A DNA stretch of 64,000 nt from an uncultured Candidatus Rokubacteria bacterium (GTDB lineage: Bacteria; Methylomirabilota; Methylomirabilia; Rokubacteriales; CSP1-6). Each line of letters opens with the position of its first letter. Position 1 is the first letter of the stretch. Both the position numbers and the translations under genes were made by a program. The notes under the pieces were generated by a model. It saw nothing but the letters and a program-made list of their open reading frames with translations, did not search any database and was not told the origin of the DNA. The DNA lies in assembly GCA_963771355.1 (NCBI GenBank), contig CAVYTA010000006.1, positions 1,536,001 to 1,600,000 of the forward strand, written 5' to 3'. This document shows, one piece after another, positions 49,975 through 58,277 of this stretch.

Positions 49975-51368
49975 GCTCGGACCTGGGTGCCTCCGGCCTT
50001 GACGGTGGGATGGCCGGCGCGCAGCCACATGCCCATGCCGCCGGCGACGTTGTACCAGCGCGCGGCCATGCCCTCGCGGGCGAGCGCGCTGATGACCAGG
50101 CTGGAGCGGAGCCCGCCCGCGCACACCACCGCGGTGGGCCGGCCGGCGGGCAGCTCGGCGAGCCGGCGCACCGCCTCGCCCATGGGGAGATGGAAGGCGC
50201 CCTCGATATGCCCCTCGTCCCACTCGAAGGGCTCGCGAACGTCGACGATGAGGAGATCCGCCTGCTCTTCCTTCATGGTCGCCAGATCGTGCACGCTGAT
50301 CTGTGGCACCTGGTCCACCGGGTGGCCCTGGCTCTTCCAGTCACCCATGCCCCACTGCAGATGCCCCGCGATCTCGTCGAGCCCGATGCGCCCCAGTCCC
50401 TGCACGGCGCGGGTGAGATCGGTCGGGCCGCCGGCGACCAGCACGAGCGGACGGTCGGCGGGCGCGAACAGTCCCACGCGGTTTGCGAACTGCGGGCTGT
50501 CGATCCAGACATTGAGGGCGCCGGGGACATGGCCCTCCCCGAACTCGGCCGCCGTGCGGATGTCCACCACGGTGGCGCCCTTGCCCATCAGCTCGCGCAC
50601 CTGCGCCGCCGAGAGCGCCCGCGGCTCTCCGGACAGGGGCAGCGCGCGCGCCCGATTGCGGGCGATGATGCGGTCGAAGTTCGGCGGCTTGGCGGGGAGC
50701 CCGGTCATGAGGGCCCGGACGAAGGACGCCTCGTCCTCGGCGCGGAGCGCCAGATTGAAGCGCCGCTCGAAGCCGATGGTGGTGGTGGTCTTGCTCGACA
50801 TGGCGCGCCCGCAGGCCGAGCCCGCGCCGTGCGCCGGATACACCTCCACGCTGTCGGGCAGCGTGAGGAGTCGACGGGTCAGGCTCTGATAGAGCGTGGC
50901 CGCCGCCCGCTCGCCGCCGAAGTCGGGACGGCCCACGTCGCCCACGAAGAGCGTATCGCCGGTGAGGATGAACCAGGGCTCCTCGCCGCGGCTCCGGTCG
51001 GTCACGAGGAGCGAGACGCTCTCCGGGGTATGGCCCGGGGTGTGGAGGACCCGGAAGGCCACATTGCCGATGAGGATGGTCTCCTCGTCCTCGATCGGCG
51101 TGGTGGGGAAAGCCGCGTCGGCGGCCGGGTGCATGAGGATGCGGGCACCGGTCTGGTCCGCCAGGGCCTGATTGCCCGAGATGTGGTCGGCGTGGAGATG
51201 GGTGTCGAAGACGTGGGTCACGGTGAGGCCCTTGCGCCGGGCCAGCGCCATGTACTCGTCCACGCGATCCCGCGCCGGATCGACCACGGCCGCCTCGCCC
51301 GCCTGGCCACAGCCGATCAGATATGAGAGGCAGCCGGCCTCCTCGTTGAGAATCTGCTGGAAAATCAT
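49971..51368 (-). CDS. MBL-fold persulfide dioxygenase-like protein fused to two rhodanese domains
   Basis: DTHLHADHISG, TPGHTPE, TGDTLFVGDVGRPD, PAHGAGSACG; rhodanese GHVPGA and DVREPFEW..GHIEGA; active-site CAGGLRS. Confidence 0.88.
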   Translation of the reverse strand: MIFQQILNEEAGCLSYLIGCGQAGEAAVVDPARDRVDEYMALARRKGLTVTHVFDTHLHADHISGNQALADQTGARILMHPAADAAFPTTPIEDEETILIGNVAFRVLHTPGHTPESVSLLVTDRSRGEEPWFILTGDTLFVGDVGRPDFGGERAAATLYQSLTRRLLTLPDSVEVYPAHGAGSACGRAMSSKTTTTIGFERRFNLALRAEDEASFVRALMTGLPAKPPNFDRIIARNRARALPLSGEPRALSAAQVRELMGKGATVVDIRTAAEFGEGHVPGALNVWIDSPQFANRVGLFAPADRPLVLVAGGPTDLTRAVQGLGRIGLDEIAGHLQWGMGDWKSQGHPVDQVPQISVHDLATMKEEQADLLIVDVREPFEWDEGHIEGAFHLPMGEAVRRLAELPAGRPTAVVCAGGLRSSLVISALAREGMAARWYNVAGGMGMWLRAGHPTVKAGGTQVRA

Positions 51369-51507
51369 CGGTCGAATTGTCCCACAGGGCTCCGGTAGGG
51401 CGCAAGGCCGGACGCTCAATCTCCGTAGGAACTTGACCGGGCCTTGCCTGTTACACTAGAGTTTGCGAAATCCCACCGGCGGGTGAGGGGAAGGACGGGC
51501 AGGTCGA

Positions 51508-52272
51508 ATGCGGCTCAAGGTGCTCGGGGCCTACGGCAGTGACGGGCAGGGCCAGCGACCGTCGGCCTTCCTCGTCGACGACCACGTCTTGGTGGACGCG
51601 GGCACCGTCGGTGGCGCTCTCTCCGTCGCCGAGCAAACCGCCATCACCCACGCGGTGCTGAGCCACGCCCACCTCGACCACACCGTGGGCCTCGCCTTCC
51701 TCGCCGACACCCTGGCCATGGTCGCTCCGGAGCGCTCGGTCACCGCGTGCAGCATCGCCCCCGTCATCGAGACGCTCCGCACCCACGTCTTCAACGACTC
51801 GCTCTGGCCCGACTTCCTGGCCATCCCCAACCGCAACGCGCCGGTGCTGAAGCTCCGCGAGCTGCCGGAGGAAGGCGAGGCGCGCGTGGGAGAGCTCTGG
51901 GTGACGCCGGTCCTGGTGGATCACACCATTCCCACCACGGGCTTCATCATCCACGACGGCGAGACTGGCTTCGTCTACTCGGGGGATACGGGGCCCACCA
52001 CGCGGCTGTGGCAGGTGGCCCGGGAGATGCGCGGGCTCAAGGCGCTCGTGGTGGAGACGGCCTTCCCCAATCGGCTGGACGCCCTCGCGCGCGCCTCGGG
52101 GCATCTCACCCCGGCGAAGCTACGCGAGGAGATGAAGAAGATGCCCGCCGATCTTCCCGTGTGGATCTTCCACATCAAGCCGCAGCTGTATCAGGAAACC
52201 GCAGAAGAGCTGGCCCAGATCGACCCCGCCCGCCTTCACATCCTCGAGCAGGGCAAGACCTACACTCTCTAG
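51508..52272 (+). CDS. Class II cyclic nucleotide phosphodiesterase (MBL fold)
   Basis: VLGAYG, LVDAGT, SHAHLDH, HVFNDSLWPDF, SGDTGPT, ETAFPN, GHLTP, HIKP. Confidence 0.82.
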   Translation: MRLKVLGAYGSDGQGQRPSAFLVDDHVLVDAGTVGGALSVAEQTAITHAVLSHAHLDHTVGLAFLADTLAMVAPERSVTACSIAPVIETLRTHVFNDSLWPDFLAIPNRNAPVLKLRELPEEGEARVGELWVTPVLVDHTIPTTGFIIHDGETGFVYSGDTGPTTRLWQVAREMRGLKALVVETAFPNRLDALARASGHLTPAKLREEMKKMPADLPVWIFHIKPQLYQETAEELAQIDPARLHILEQGKTYTL

Positions 52273-52299
52273 TCCTTCGAGGCCCCCCGGCACGCGCGG

Positions 52300-53295
52300 T
52301 CAGGGGGCGTCGATCAGTCGGCTCAAGGACTCCCGGAATGGAAAGAGGCTAAATATGCCTCCCGTATGGATGAAACAGATCCTCTGCCCGAGCGCCTTGG
52401 GATCCTTTTCGAGCGTGGTGATGAGACCGGTGAAGGCCTTCGCGGTGTACACCGGATCGAGGACCAGGCCCTCTTCGCGAGCCAGGCGCACGATGGTCGC
52501 CAACTCGGCGTCGCCTACCGACGCCCGCCCCACGCCCTGATAGCCGTCGATCAGATGAAAGCTCTTCGGCACCTCGATGGCGAAGCCGAAACGCTGGATC
52601 GCCGCGACCATGGTCCGCCCGATATGGTCGCGCACCTTGGCCGCCGGCCAGGCAATGGGAATGCCGACGATCTCACCCGGAAGACCGGCCAGCTGCTTGC
52701 CCATGAGCATGCCGCCCTGGCTGCCGCCGCTGTACACGGAGATCACCACCGAATCGAAGCGGGGCGCCCCGTGATTGATCTGGTCGGCCAGCTCCACCGC
52801 ACACTCGAGATAGCCCAGCGCCCCCACCTCGTTGGCCCCGCTTTCCGGAATCACATAGGGCCGGTGCCCCCGGGCCACCACGTCGGCGGCGAGCTCCGCC
52901 ATCACCTCGTCCACGCGCTCCCACTGCGGGTCGGTGAGATAGCGCACCTCCGCGCCCAGCAGCCGGTCGAGCAGCAAGTTGCCGTCATAGGCCTCCGGGC
53001 GAGTCCCCTTGACGGCGAGAATGGCGTTCATGCCCAGCCGGGCCGCCACCGCGGACACGGCACGGCAGCAGTTGGACTGCAGCGTGCCGCACGTGATGAG
53101 GGTGTCCGCGCCCTGGGCGAGGGCCTCGCCCACGAGGAACTCGAGCTTGCGTACCTTGTTGCCGGACTCCAGCAGCCCGGTCAGGTCGTCCCGCTTGACA
53201 TAGAGCTCGACGCCGAGCCGACGCGAGAGCCGATCGAGCTTGAGGATGGGAGTGGGCGACAGCGCGAGGGGGATGCGGGGAGGCCCGGCAGGCAT
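52300..53295 (-). CDS. D-cysteine desulfhydrase / ACC deaminase family PLP enzyme
   Basis: KRDDLTG..SGNKVRKLEF, QSNCCR, GNLLLD, LDPVYTAKA, FIHTGG. Confidence 0.88.
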   Translation of the reverse strand: MPAGPPRIPLALSPTPILKLDRLSRRLGVELYVKRDDLTGLLESGNKVRKLEFLVGEALAQGADTLITCGTLQSNCCRAVSAVAARLGMNAILAVKGTRPEAYDGNLLLDRLLGAEVRYLTDPQWERVDEVMAELAADVVARGHRPYVIPESGANEVGALGYLECAVELADQINHGAPRFDSVVISVYSGGSQGGMLMGKQLAGLPGEIVGIPIAWPAAKVRDHIGRTMVAAIQRFGFAIEVPKSFHLIDGYQGVGRASVGDAELATIVRLAREEGLVLDPVYTAKAFTGLITTLEKDPKALGQRICFIHTGGIFSLFPFRESLSRLIDAP

Positions 53296-53337
53296 GATCC
53301 ATCGTAGCACCCTCCCCACTCCGGCGGAGGGTTCAGC

Positions 53338-54156
53338 TCATGGCTGGCAGTCGGGGCACCAGTAGGTGGACCGGCCGCGAAGCGACTCCGTCAGGATCCT
53401 GGCGCCGCAGCGCGGGCAGGGCTTGCGCGCCCGGTGGTGGACGCGGAAGAACTCGCGCTTGGGCTCGCCGCGCAGCGGCCCCGCCCCGACGAGCTGCCGG
53501 AGCGCCGCGGTGGCCGCCGCCAGCGTGGTCGCGGTGGCGGCGTGGACCCGCGCGATCTCCTCCGCCGTCATGAGGGACGCCGTGCGGCGGGGCTTGATGC
53601 GCGCCTCCCAGAGGATCTCGTCCGCATAGGCATTGCCGAGGCCCCCGATGAGCCGCTGGTCGCAGAGCACGGTCTTGATGGGCCAGAGCTTGTTGCGGGC
53701 GCAGAGGGCCTGCAGCGCCGCCACCGTGAAGGCGGGCGCGAGCGGGTCCAGCCCGCCACGCTCCTTGCGATCGAGCCCCACCCACATCTTGGCCTCACCG
53801 GGCTTGAGGAGATCGAAGTGGCGGTCGGAGAAGACCAGCCGCGCGCCGTCTTCTCGCTCGAGCGTGAGCACGGGCAGCGGCACCCGCGCGGTCGCGTCCG
53901 CCGGCAGCCAGTACGGCTCGCCGCCCAGCATGAAGTGCACGTCGACCCGGGGGCCGGCCTCCAGCGCGAGCGCGAGGATCTTGCCGCGCCGACTGACCGC
54001 CGTCACGCGCCGCCCCGTCACGGCGGCCTGGAAGGGCTCGGGCGCCACCGCCCGCAGCACGCGCGGCTCGTGGACCTCGACCGAGCGGATCGCGCGCTCC
54101 ACCAGAAGGGGTGCCAGCGCCTCGGCGTAGACGGTCAGCTCGGGCAGCTCGGCCAC
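53338..54156 (-). CDS. Fpg/Nei family DNA glycosylase/AP lyase with an atypical N-terminus (AELPE)
   Basis: ELPE, RRGK, H2TH GLGNAYADEIL, zinc finger CPRC...RSTYWCPDCQ. Confidence 0.85.
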   Translation of the reverse strand: MAELPELTVYAEALAPLLVERAIRSVEVHEPRVLRAVAPEPFQAAVTGRRVTAVSRRGKILALALEAGPRVDVHFMLGGEPYWLPADATARVPLPVLTLEREDGARLVFSDRHFDLLKPGEAKMWVGLDRKERGGLDPLAPAFTVAALQALCARNKLWPIKTVLCDQRLIGGLGNAYADEILWEARIKPRRTASLMTAEEIARVHAATATTLAAATAALRQLVGAGPLRGEPKREFFRVHHRARKPCPRCGARILTESLRGRSTYWCPDCQP

Positions 54157-54207
54157 TGGCCCCTTCGCCTCGACGCTCCTCACGCCCGCTGCCCCGAGGG
54201 AAGCGGG

Positions 54208-54522
54208 CTAGGAGGCGTGGTCCTTCTTGAGCGCGGAGGCGATGGGAGCGAAGTCGTAGGCGGGGAAGACCTGATAGCGGAAGGCGCCCCAGGCCTTCCC
54301 CTCCATGTAGCGGTTGAGGCTCCGCAGCTTGTCCGGCTCGACGCGCAGGGTGATGACGAACCCGTAGGACATCGCCACCACCCACGAGACCAGCTCCGAG
54401 CCCTCCGGCGGGAAATCGCGGTAGAAGCCGGTCTGGCGCAGATGCGCCATGATCTCGTCGAGGGTCTTGGTCTGATCGTGGTGGAGCAGCACGGTCACGA
54501 GCACGCGAGTGTCGTCGGGCAT
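54208..54522 (-). CDS. Small hypothetical protein
   Basis: 104-aa ORF with GC-typical codon use and a GGGAGG RBS; no family recognised. Confidence 0.7.
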   Translation of the reverse strand: MPDDTRVLVTVLLHHDQTKTLDEIMAHLRQTGFYRDFPPEGSELVSWVVAMSYGFVITLRVEPDKLRSLNRYMEGKAWGAFRYQVFPAYDFAPIASALKKDHAS

Positions 54523-54573
54523 CGGGCGCCTCCCGGGAGGGAACTGTGGCGCGCGGCACGCGGATTGTCAATA

Positions 54574-55809
54574 ATGGCGCGCGTGACCCGCGACCCGGAG
54601 ACCCTGGCGAACCCGCGGCTCTGGATCGCCTTCGCCAGCATGTTCCTGGTGTCGGGGATCACCAATGTCTTCCCCGTCTTCTTCCCCGCTCTTCTCGCCG
54701 AGTTCGGGGGCTCGCGCGGCGCCACCGCGTTCACCGTGTCGCTGTGCTGGATCGGAGGGGCCGTGTTCGGCCCGCTCGCCGGCTATCTCGTGGCGCGCGG
54801 GAACCCGCGTGCGGTGGTGGCGGCCGGCCTCAGCGCCGCCGCGCTGGGCATGCTCGCGGGGGCGCTGGCGCCGAGCCTGCCCGCGTTCATCCTCACCCTC
54901 GGCGTGGGCGCCGGCATCGGCATCGGGCTCACCGGCATCGCCACCCAGGCGGCGCTCCTCGCCGACGTTTACGTGCGCCGCCGGGGCCTGGCCATGGGCA
55001 TCGCGTTCTCCGGATCCATGGCGGGCTATGCGGTGGCGCCCCTCGTCCACTGGACCATCGAGCAGGCGGGCTGGCGGGCGGCGCTGGCCGCGTACGGCGT
55101 GACGGTGGCGGGACTGCTTCCGCTGGCCTGGCGCTTCCTCCCCGCGCGTCTCGAGAGCGCGCGCGCCGTGGCGACGTCCCCCGCCTCCGAGGGGCACCCG
55201 ACCGTCCGGCGCATCGTCACCTCCGCGCCCTTCCTCATGCTCTTCGTCTGCTTCACCAGCCCGCCGCTCTTCGGCTATCTCGCCACCACCCAGCACGCGC
55301 TCTACTTCGCCGCGCGCGGCTTCAGCGCGGAGGAGGCGTCGCTGATGCTGGCGGTGGGCGGCGTTCTCTCCGCCGGCGGGCGCATGCTCTCGGGCGTCGT
55401 TGCGGATCGGCTGGGCGCCCCCACCGCGGGCTTCCTCTCCTTCGGCCTCTCGCTCACCGGCATGCTGTGCCTCTTCGGGCTCGAGCTCTGGCCCCTCCGG
55501 CTCCTCGCCTACACCTACGTGCTCTTCCTCTTCCTGCCGCTGGGCAGTCGCGCCACCATCGTCTCCGTGCTGGTGAGCCGCCTCACCCCGCCCCGCCACT
55601 ACGGGGTGATCTTCGGGATCCTCGGCATCGGGAACAACCTGGGCGCGGCGGCGGGCCCGTGGATGTCGGGCGCGCTGTTCGACCGGACGGGATCCTACCT
55701 CGTGATCTATCTCTGGGCCGCGGGCGTCGGGCTGCTCGGGCTCGTCACCCTCGCCGCGTTCGTGCTCATGACGCGCGAGGCCGCCACCGCTGGCCCGCGC
55801 GTACGGTGA
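54574..55809 (+). CDS. MFS transporter
   Basis: About 12 TM; RRRGLAMGIAFSG, GVVADRLG, FDRTGSY. 3' end overlaps the convergent gene by 44 nt. Confidence 0.88.
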   Translation: MARVTRDPETLANPRLWIAFASMFLVSGITNVFPVFFPALLAEFGGSRGATAFTVSLCWIGGAVFGPLAGYLVARGNPRAVVAAGLSAAALGMLAGALAPSLPAFILTLGVGAGIGIGLTGIATQAALLADVYVRRRGLAMGIAFSGSMAGYAVAPLVHWTIEQAGWRAALAAYGVTVAGLLPLAWRFLPARLESARAVATSPASEGHPTVRRIVTSAPFLMLFVCFTSPPLFGYLATTQHALYFAARGFSAEEASLMLAVGGVLSAGGRMLSGVVADRLGAPTAGFLSFGLSLTGMLCLFGLELWPLRLLAYTYVLFLFLPLGSRATIVSVLVSRLTPPRHYGVIFGILGIGNNLGAAAGPWMSGALFDRTGSYLVIYLWAAGVGLLGLVTLAAFVLMTREAATAGPRVR

Positions 55810-56908
55810 GCACGGGCGCGAGGCGCCGCGACGCGCGCACCTCGTTGCCGGCGGCATCGCCGAAGGTGAAGTCGCCGTCTTCCACCGTGAGCACCGCGGC
55901 ATCGCCCGCCGCGCCGGCGGCCAGTGTGCCCAGGGTCCCCGCCTGCCCGACCGCGCGCGCGGGCGCCGCCGTCACGGCCTCGATCACCGCCGGCAGCGAC
56001 ATGCCCAGCGCCAGAAAGGTGGACATCACGCCGAGGAGGTCGTACATGCGTCGCGCCACCAGCGGCCGCACCATGTCGGTGGACAGCGTACTGGGCGGCA
56101 GCCCCTGCTCGAGGGCGGCGCGAGCCACCCGGAGGTCGATGTGCACGCCGGCGTGTCCGACGTCGAGGACCACCCCGCGCGCGGCGGCGTCGCGCACCGA
56201 CGGCCGCACCCGCCCGCCGGTGTCGAGGATGCCATGGTCATACCCGTTGAAGATATGGGTGACGATGTCACCGGGACCCAAGCGCGCGAGGATCTCCTCG
56301 AGCGGAATCGGCGTCCCCGAGATGTGGACCATGAGGCGCCGGCCGGTGGCGTCGCAGACCCGACGGGCCATGTCCAGCACCGGCCGCGCATTGGCCTCGC
56401 CGGTGGCCAGATGCTGGATGCGCACCTTGAGGCCGAGCAGCTCGGGAAACCGCGCGAGCGCGTCGCGGGCCCGGTCCTCCTGGGCGAACCGGAGGTCCTG
56501 GAGCTCCCCCACCCCGGCGGCGAGGCTTTGCAGACCCGTGGTGGCGAGGTGGAGGAAGGCGAGCACGCGGGTGTCGGCGCGGCGGATGACCCAGTCGCGG
56601 AAGCCGGCATAGGTGGCCCAGCCCGCGCTGCCGGCATCCACGCCGGTGGTGACGCCCACCGGCAGGCAGGCCGCGTCGGGATCCACGAAGAGCGGCATGC
56701 CGCGGTGGAAGAAGTGGCCGTGCAGGTCGATGAGCCCCGGCGTGACGTAGCGGCCGGCGACGTCCACGACCTCCGCCGCGCGCACCGCGAGATCGGGCCC
56801 CAGCGCGGCGACCCGCCCATTGGCGAAGGCCACGTCCATGCGCCCCTCGAGGCCCGCCCCGGGATCGAGGACGGTGCCGCCCTTGAGGAGCAGATCGGCG
56901 TCGATCAC
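55766..56908 (-). CDS. Amidohydrolase-family metallohydrolase (dihydroorotase-like deacetylase)
   Basis: PGLIDLHGH, GVTTGVDAGS, GLKVR, MVHI, GDIVTH, DVGH, STD. Confidence 0.85.
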   Translation of the reverse strand: MIDADLLLKGGTVLDPGAGLEGRMDVAFANGRVAALGPDLAVRAAEVVDVAGRYVTPGLIDLHGHFFHRGMPLFVDPDAACLPVGVTTGVDAGSAGWATYAGFRDWVIRRADTRVLAFLHLATTGLQSLAAGVGELQDLRFAQEDRARDALARFPELLGLKVRIQHLATGEANARPVLDMARRVCDATGRRLMVHISGTPIPLEEILARLGPGDIVTHIFNGYDHGILDTGGRVRPSVRDAAARGVVLDVGHAGVHIDLRVARAALEQGLPPSTLSTDMVRPLVARRMYDLLGVMSTFLALGMSLPAVIEAVTAAPARAVGQAGTLGTLAAGAAGDAAVLTVEDGDFTFGDAAGNEVRASRRLAPVLTVRAGQRWRPRAS

Positions 56909-56911
56909 GCG

Positions 56912-57754
56912 CTACCCGACGTGCGTGACGAAGCTGGCGTACCGATCCACGAGCGGCAGAACCGTGTCGCGGTCGGCGGACGGCAGGGTGAAGATCGCGC
57001 GCTCGACGCCCTGATCCCGCCACATGGCGAGCTTGGCCTCGTCGGGCTTCGCCCCGAAGAGTGACACCGTGACGGTGGCCGGATCACGTCCCAGCTTCGC
57101 GGCACGGGCGCGGAGGTCGGCCAGGCCCTCGTCGATCGGATCGCGACTGCTGATGGGCATCCAGTGGCCGTCGAACTCGGCCGCGCGCTGCCGCGCGTGC
57201 GGGCCGGTGCCCCCCATCAGGATGGGCGGATGGGGCTTCTGCACCGGCTTGGGATAGGACCAGAGCCGGTCGAAGTTGACGTACTTCCCGTGGTACTCGG
57301 CCTCGTCCCGCTCCCAGATAGCTTTCATCGCGGCGATGCGCTCGCGCAGGACCTTCCACCGGCTGGCGAAGTCGGTCCCGTGCTGCGCCATCTCTTCCGC
57401 GTTCCAGCCCCCTCCCACGCCGAACAGCACGCGGCCGCGTGAGAGCCAGTCCAGGCTGGCCACCTCCTTGGCGAGCGTGATGGGATCCCGCTCGATGACG
57501 AGGCAGATGCCGGTGCCGAGCTTGATCCGGCTTGTCACCGCCGCCGCCGCCCCCAGCGCCACGAAGGGATCCAGCGTATGCCAGTACTCGCGCGGGAGCG
57601 GGGCGCCGCCCGGCCAGGGACTCTGCCGGCTGGCCGGGATATGCGTGTGCTCCGGCACCCAGAAGGATTCGAAGCCGCGATCCTCGAGGGCCCGCGCGAG
57701 CTCGTCGGGTCGGATGGAGTAGTCGGTGGCGAAGATGTAGCAGCCGTATTTCAT
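56912..57754 (-). CDS. LLM-class (putatively F420-dependent) oxidoreductase
   Basis: GFESFWVPEHTHIP, LDPFVAL, RDPITLAKEVASLD, GVGGGWN, PKPVQKPHPP. Confidence 0.9.
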   Translation of the reverse strand: MKYGCYIFATDYSIRPDELARALEDRGFESFWVPEHTHIPASRQSPWPGGAPLPREYWHTLDPFVALGAAAAVTSRIKLGTGICLVIERDPITLAKEVASLDWLSRGRVLFGVGGGWNAEEMAQHGTDFASRWKVLRERIAAMKAIWERDEAEYHGKYVNFDRLWSYPKPVQKPHPPILMGGTGPHARQRAAEFDGHWMPISSRDPIDEGLADLRARAAKLGRDPATVTVSLFGAKPDEAKLAMWRDQGVERAIFTLPSADRDTVLPLVDRYASFVTHVG

Positions 57755-57916
57755 GATCGGCCCTTTCGAAGATGTGGGGGTTCGAACGACCGGGGTGCCG
57801 GAAGCGCCGCCCATTATACGCCGCCGCCCACCAATTCCTTGGCGCGCGCGCGAGGCCGTACTACGCTTTCCCCGTGGCCGCGGCCCGGACTCGGCCGGCC
57901 CGGAAGGAGATCTCAT

Positions 57917-58270
57917 ATGCAGACGAGCATACGGATCAGGTGGACGCTCGTGGGACTGGTGGTGCTCGCGCTGACCATGCCCGGCTGGGTGGGGGCAGAG
58001 TCGGCGGGCGGGCTCGATGCCGCGACCGGCCAGGTCAAGGCGGGAGCCAGCCAGATCGGGGAAGGCCAGGTCTTGAACGGCGCCGGCGAGATGACCAAGG
58101 GCGTCGGCAAGACCATCGTCGAGGGCGCCAAGGTCACCGGACGTGGGCTGAGCCGCGCGGGACAGGTGGCCGGCTTCGGCATCCGGACGGCCTGGGACAC
58201 CAGCTTCGACGCGACGGTGGACGCCACCGACGCGACGGTCGGCTTCTTCAAGCGCCTCGCCGACTTCTAG
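57917..58270 (+). CDS. Small secreted Gly/Ala-rich hypothetical protein
   Basis: AAGGAG RBS; signal-peptide-like MQTSIRIRWTLVGLVVLALTMPGWVGA. Confidence 0.7.
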   Translation: MQTSIRIRWTLVGLVVLALTMPGWVGAESAGGLDAATGQVKAGASQIGEGQVLNGAGEMTKGVGKTIVEGAKVTGRGLSRAGQVAGFGIRTAWDTSFDATVDATDATVGFFKRLADF

Positions 58271-58277
58271 CGTTCCC

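Noticed and set aside
51369..51507. Cobalamin or SAM riboswitch ahead of the B12/methionine genes
   Set aside because: The intergenic region is short and divergent, a -10 lies right before the ATG, and I saw no B12-box or S-box; an Rfam scan would settle it.
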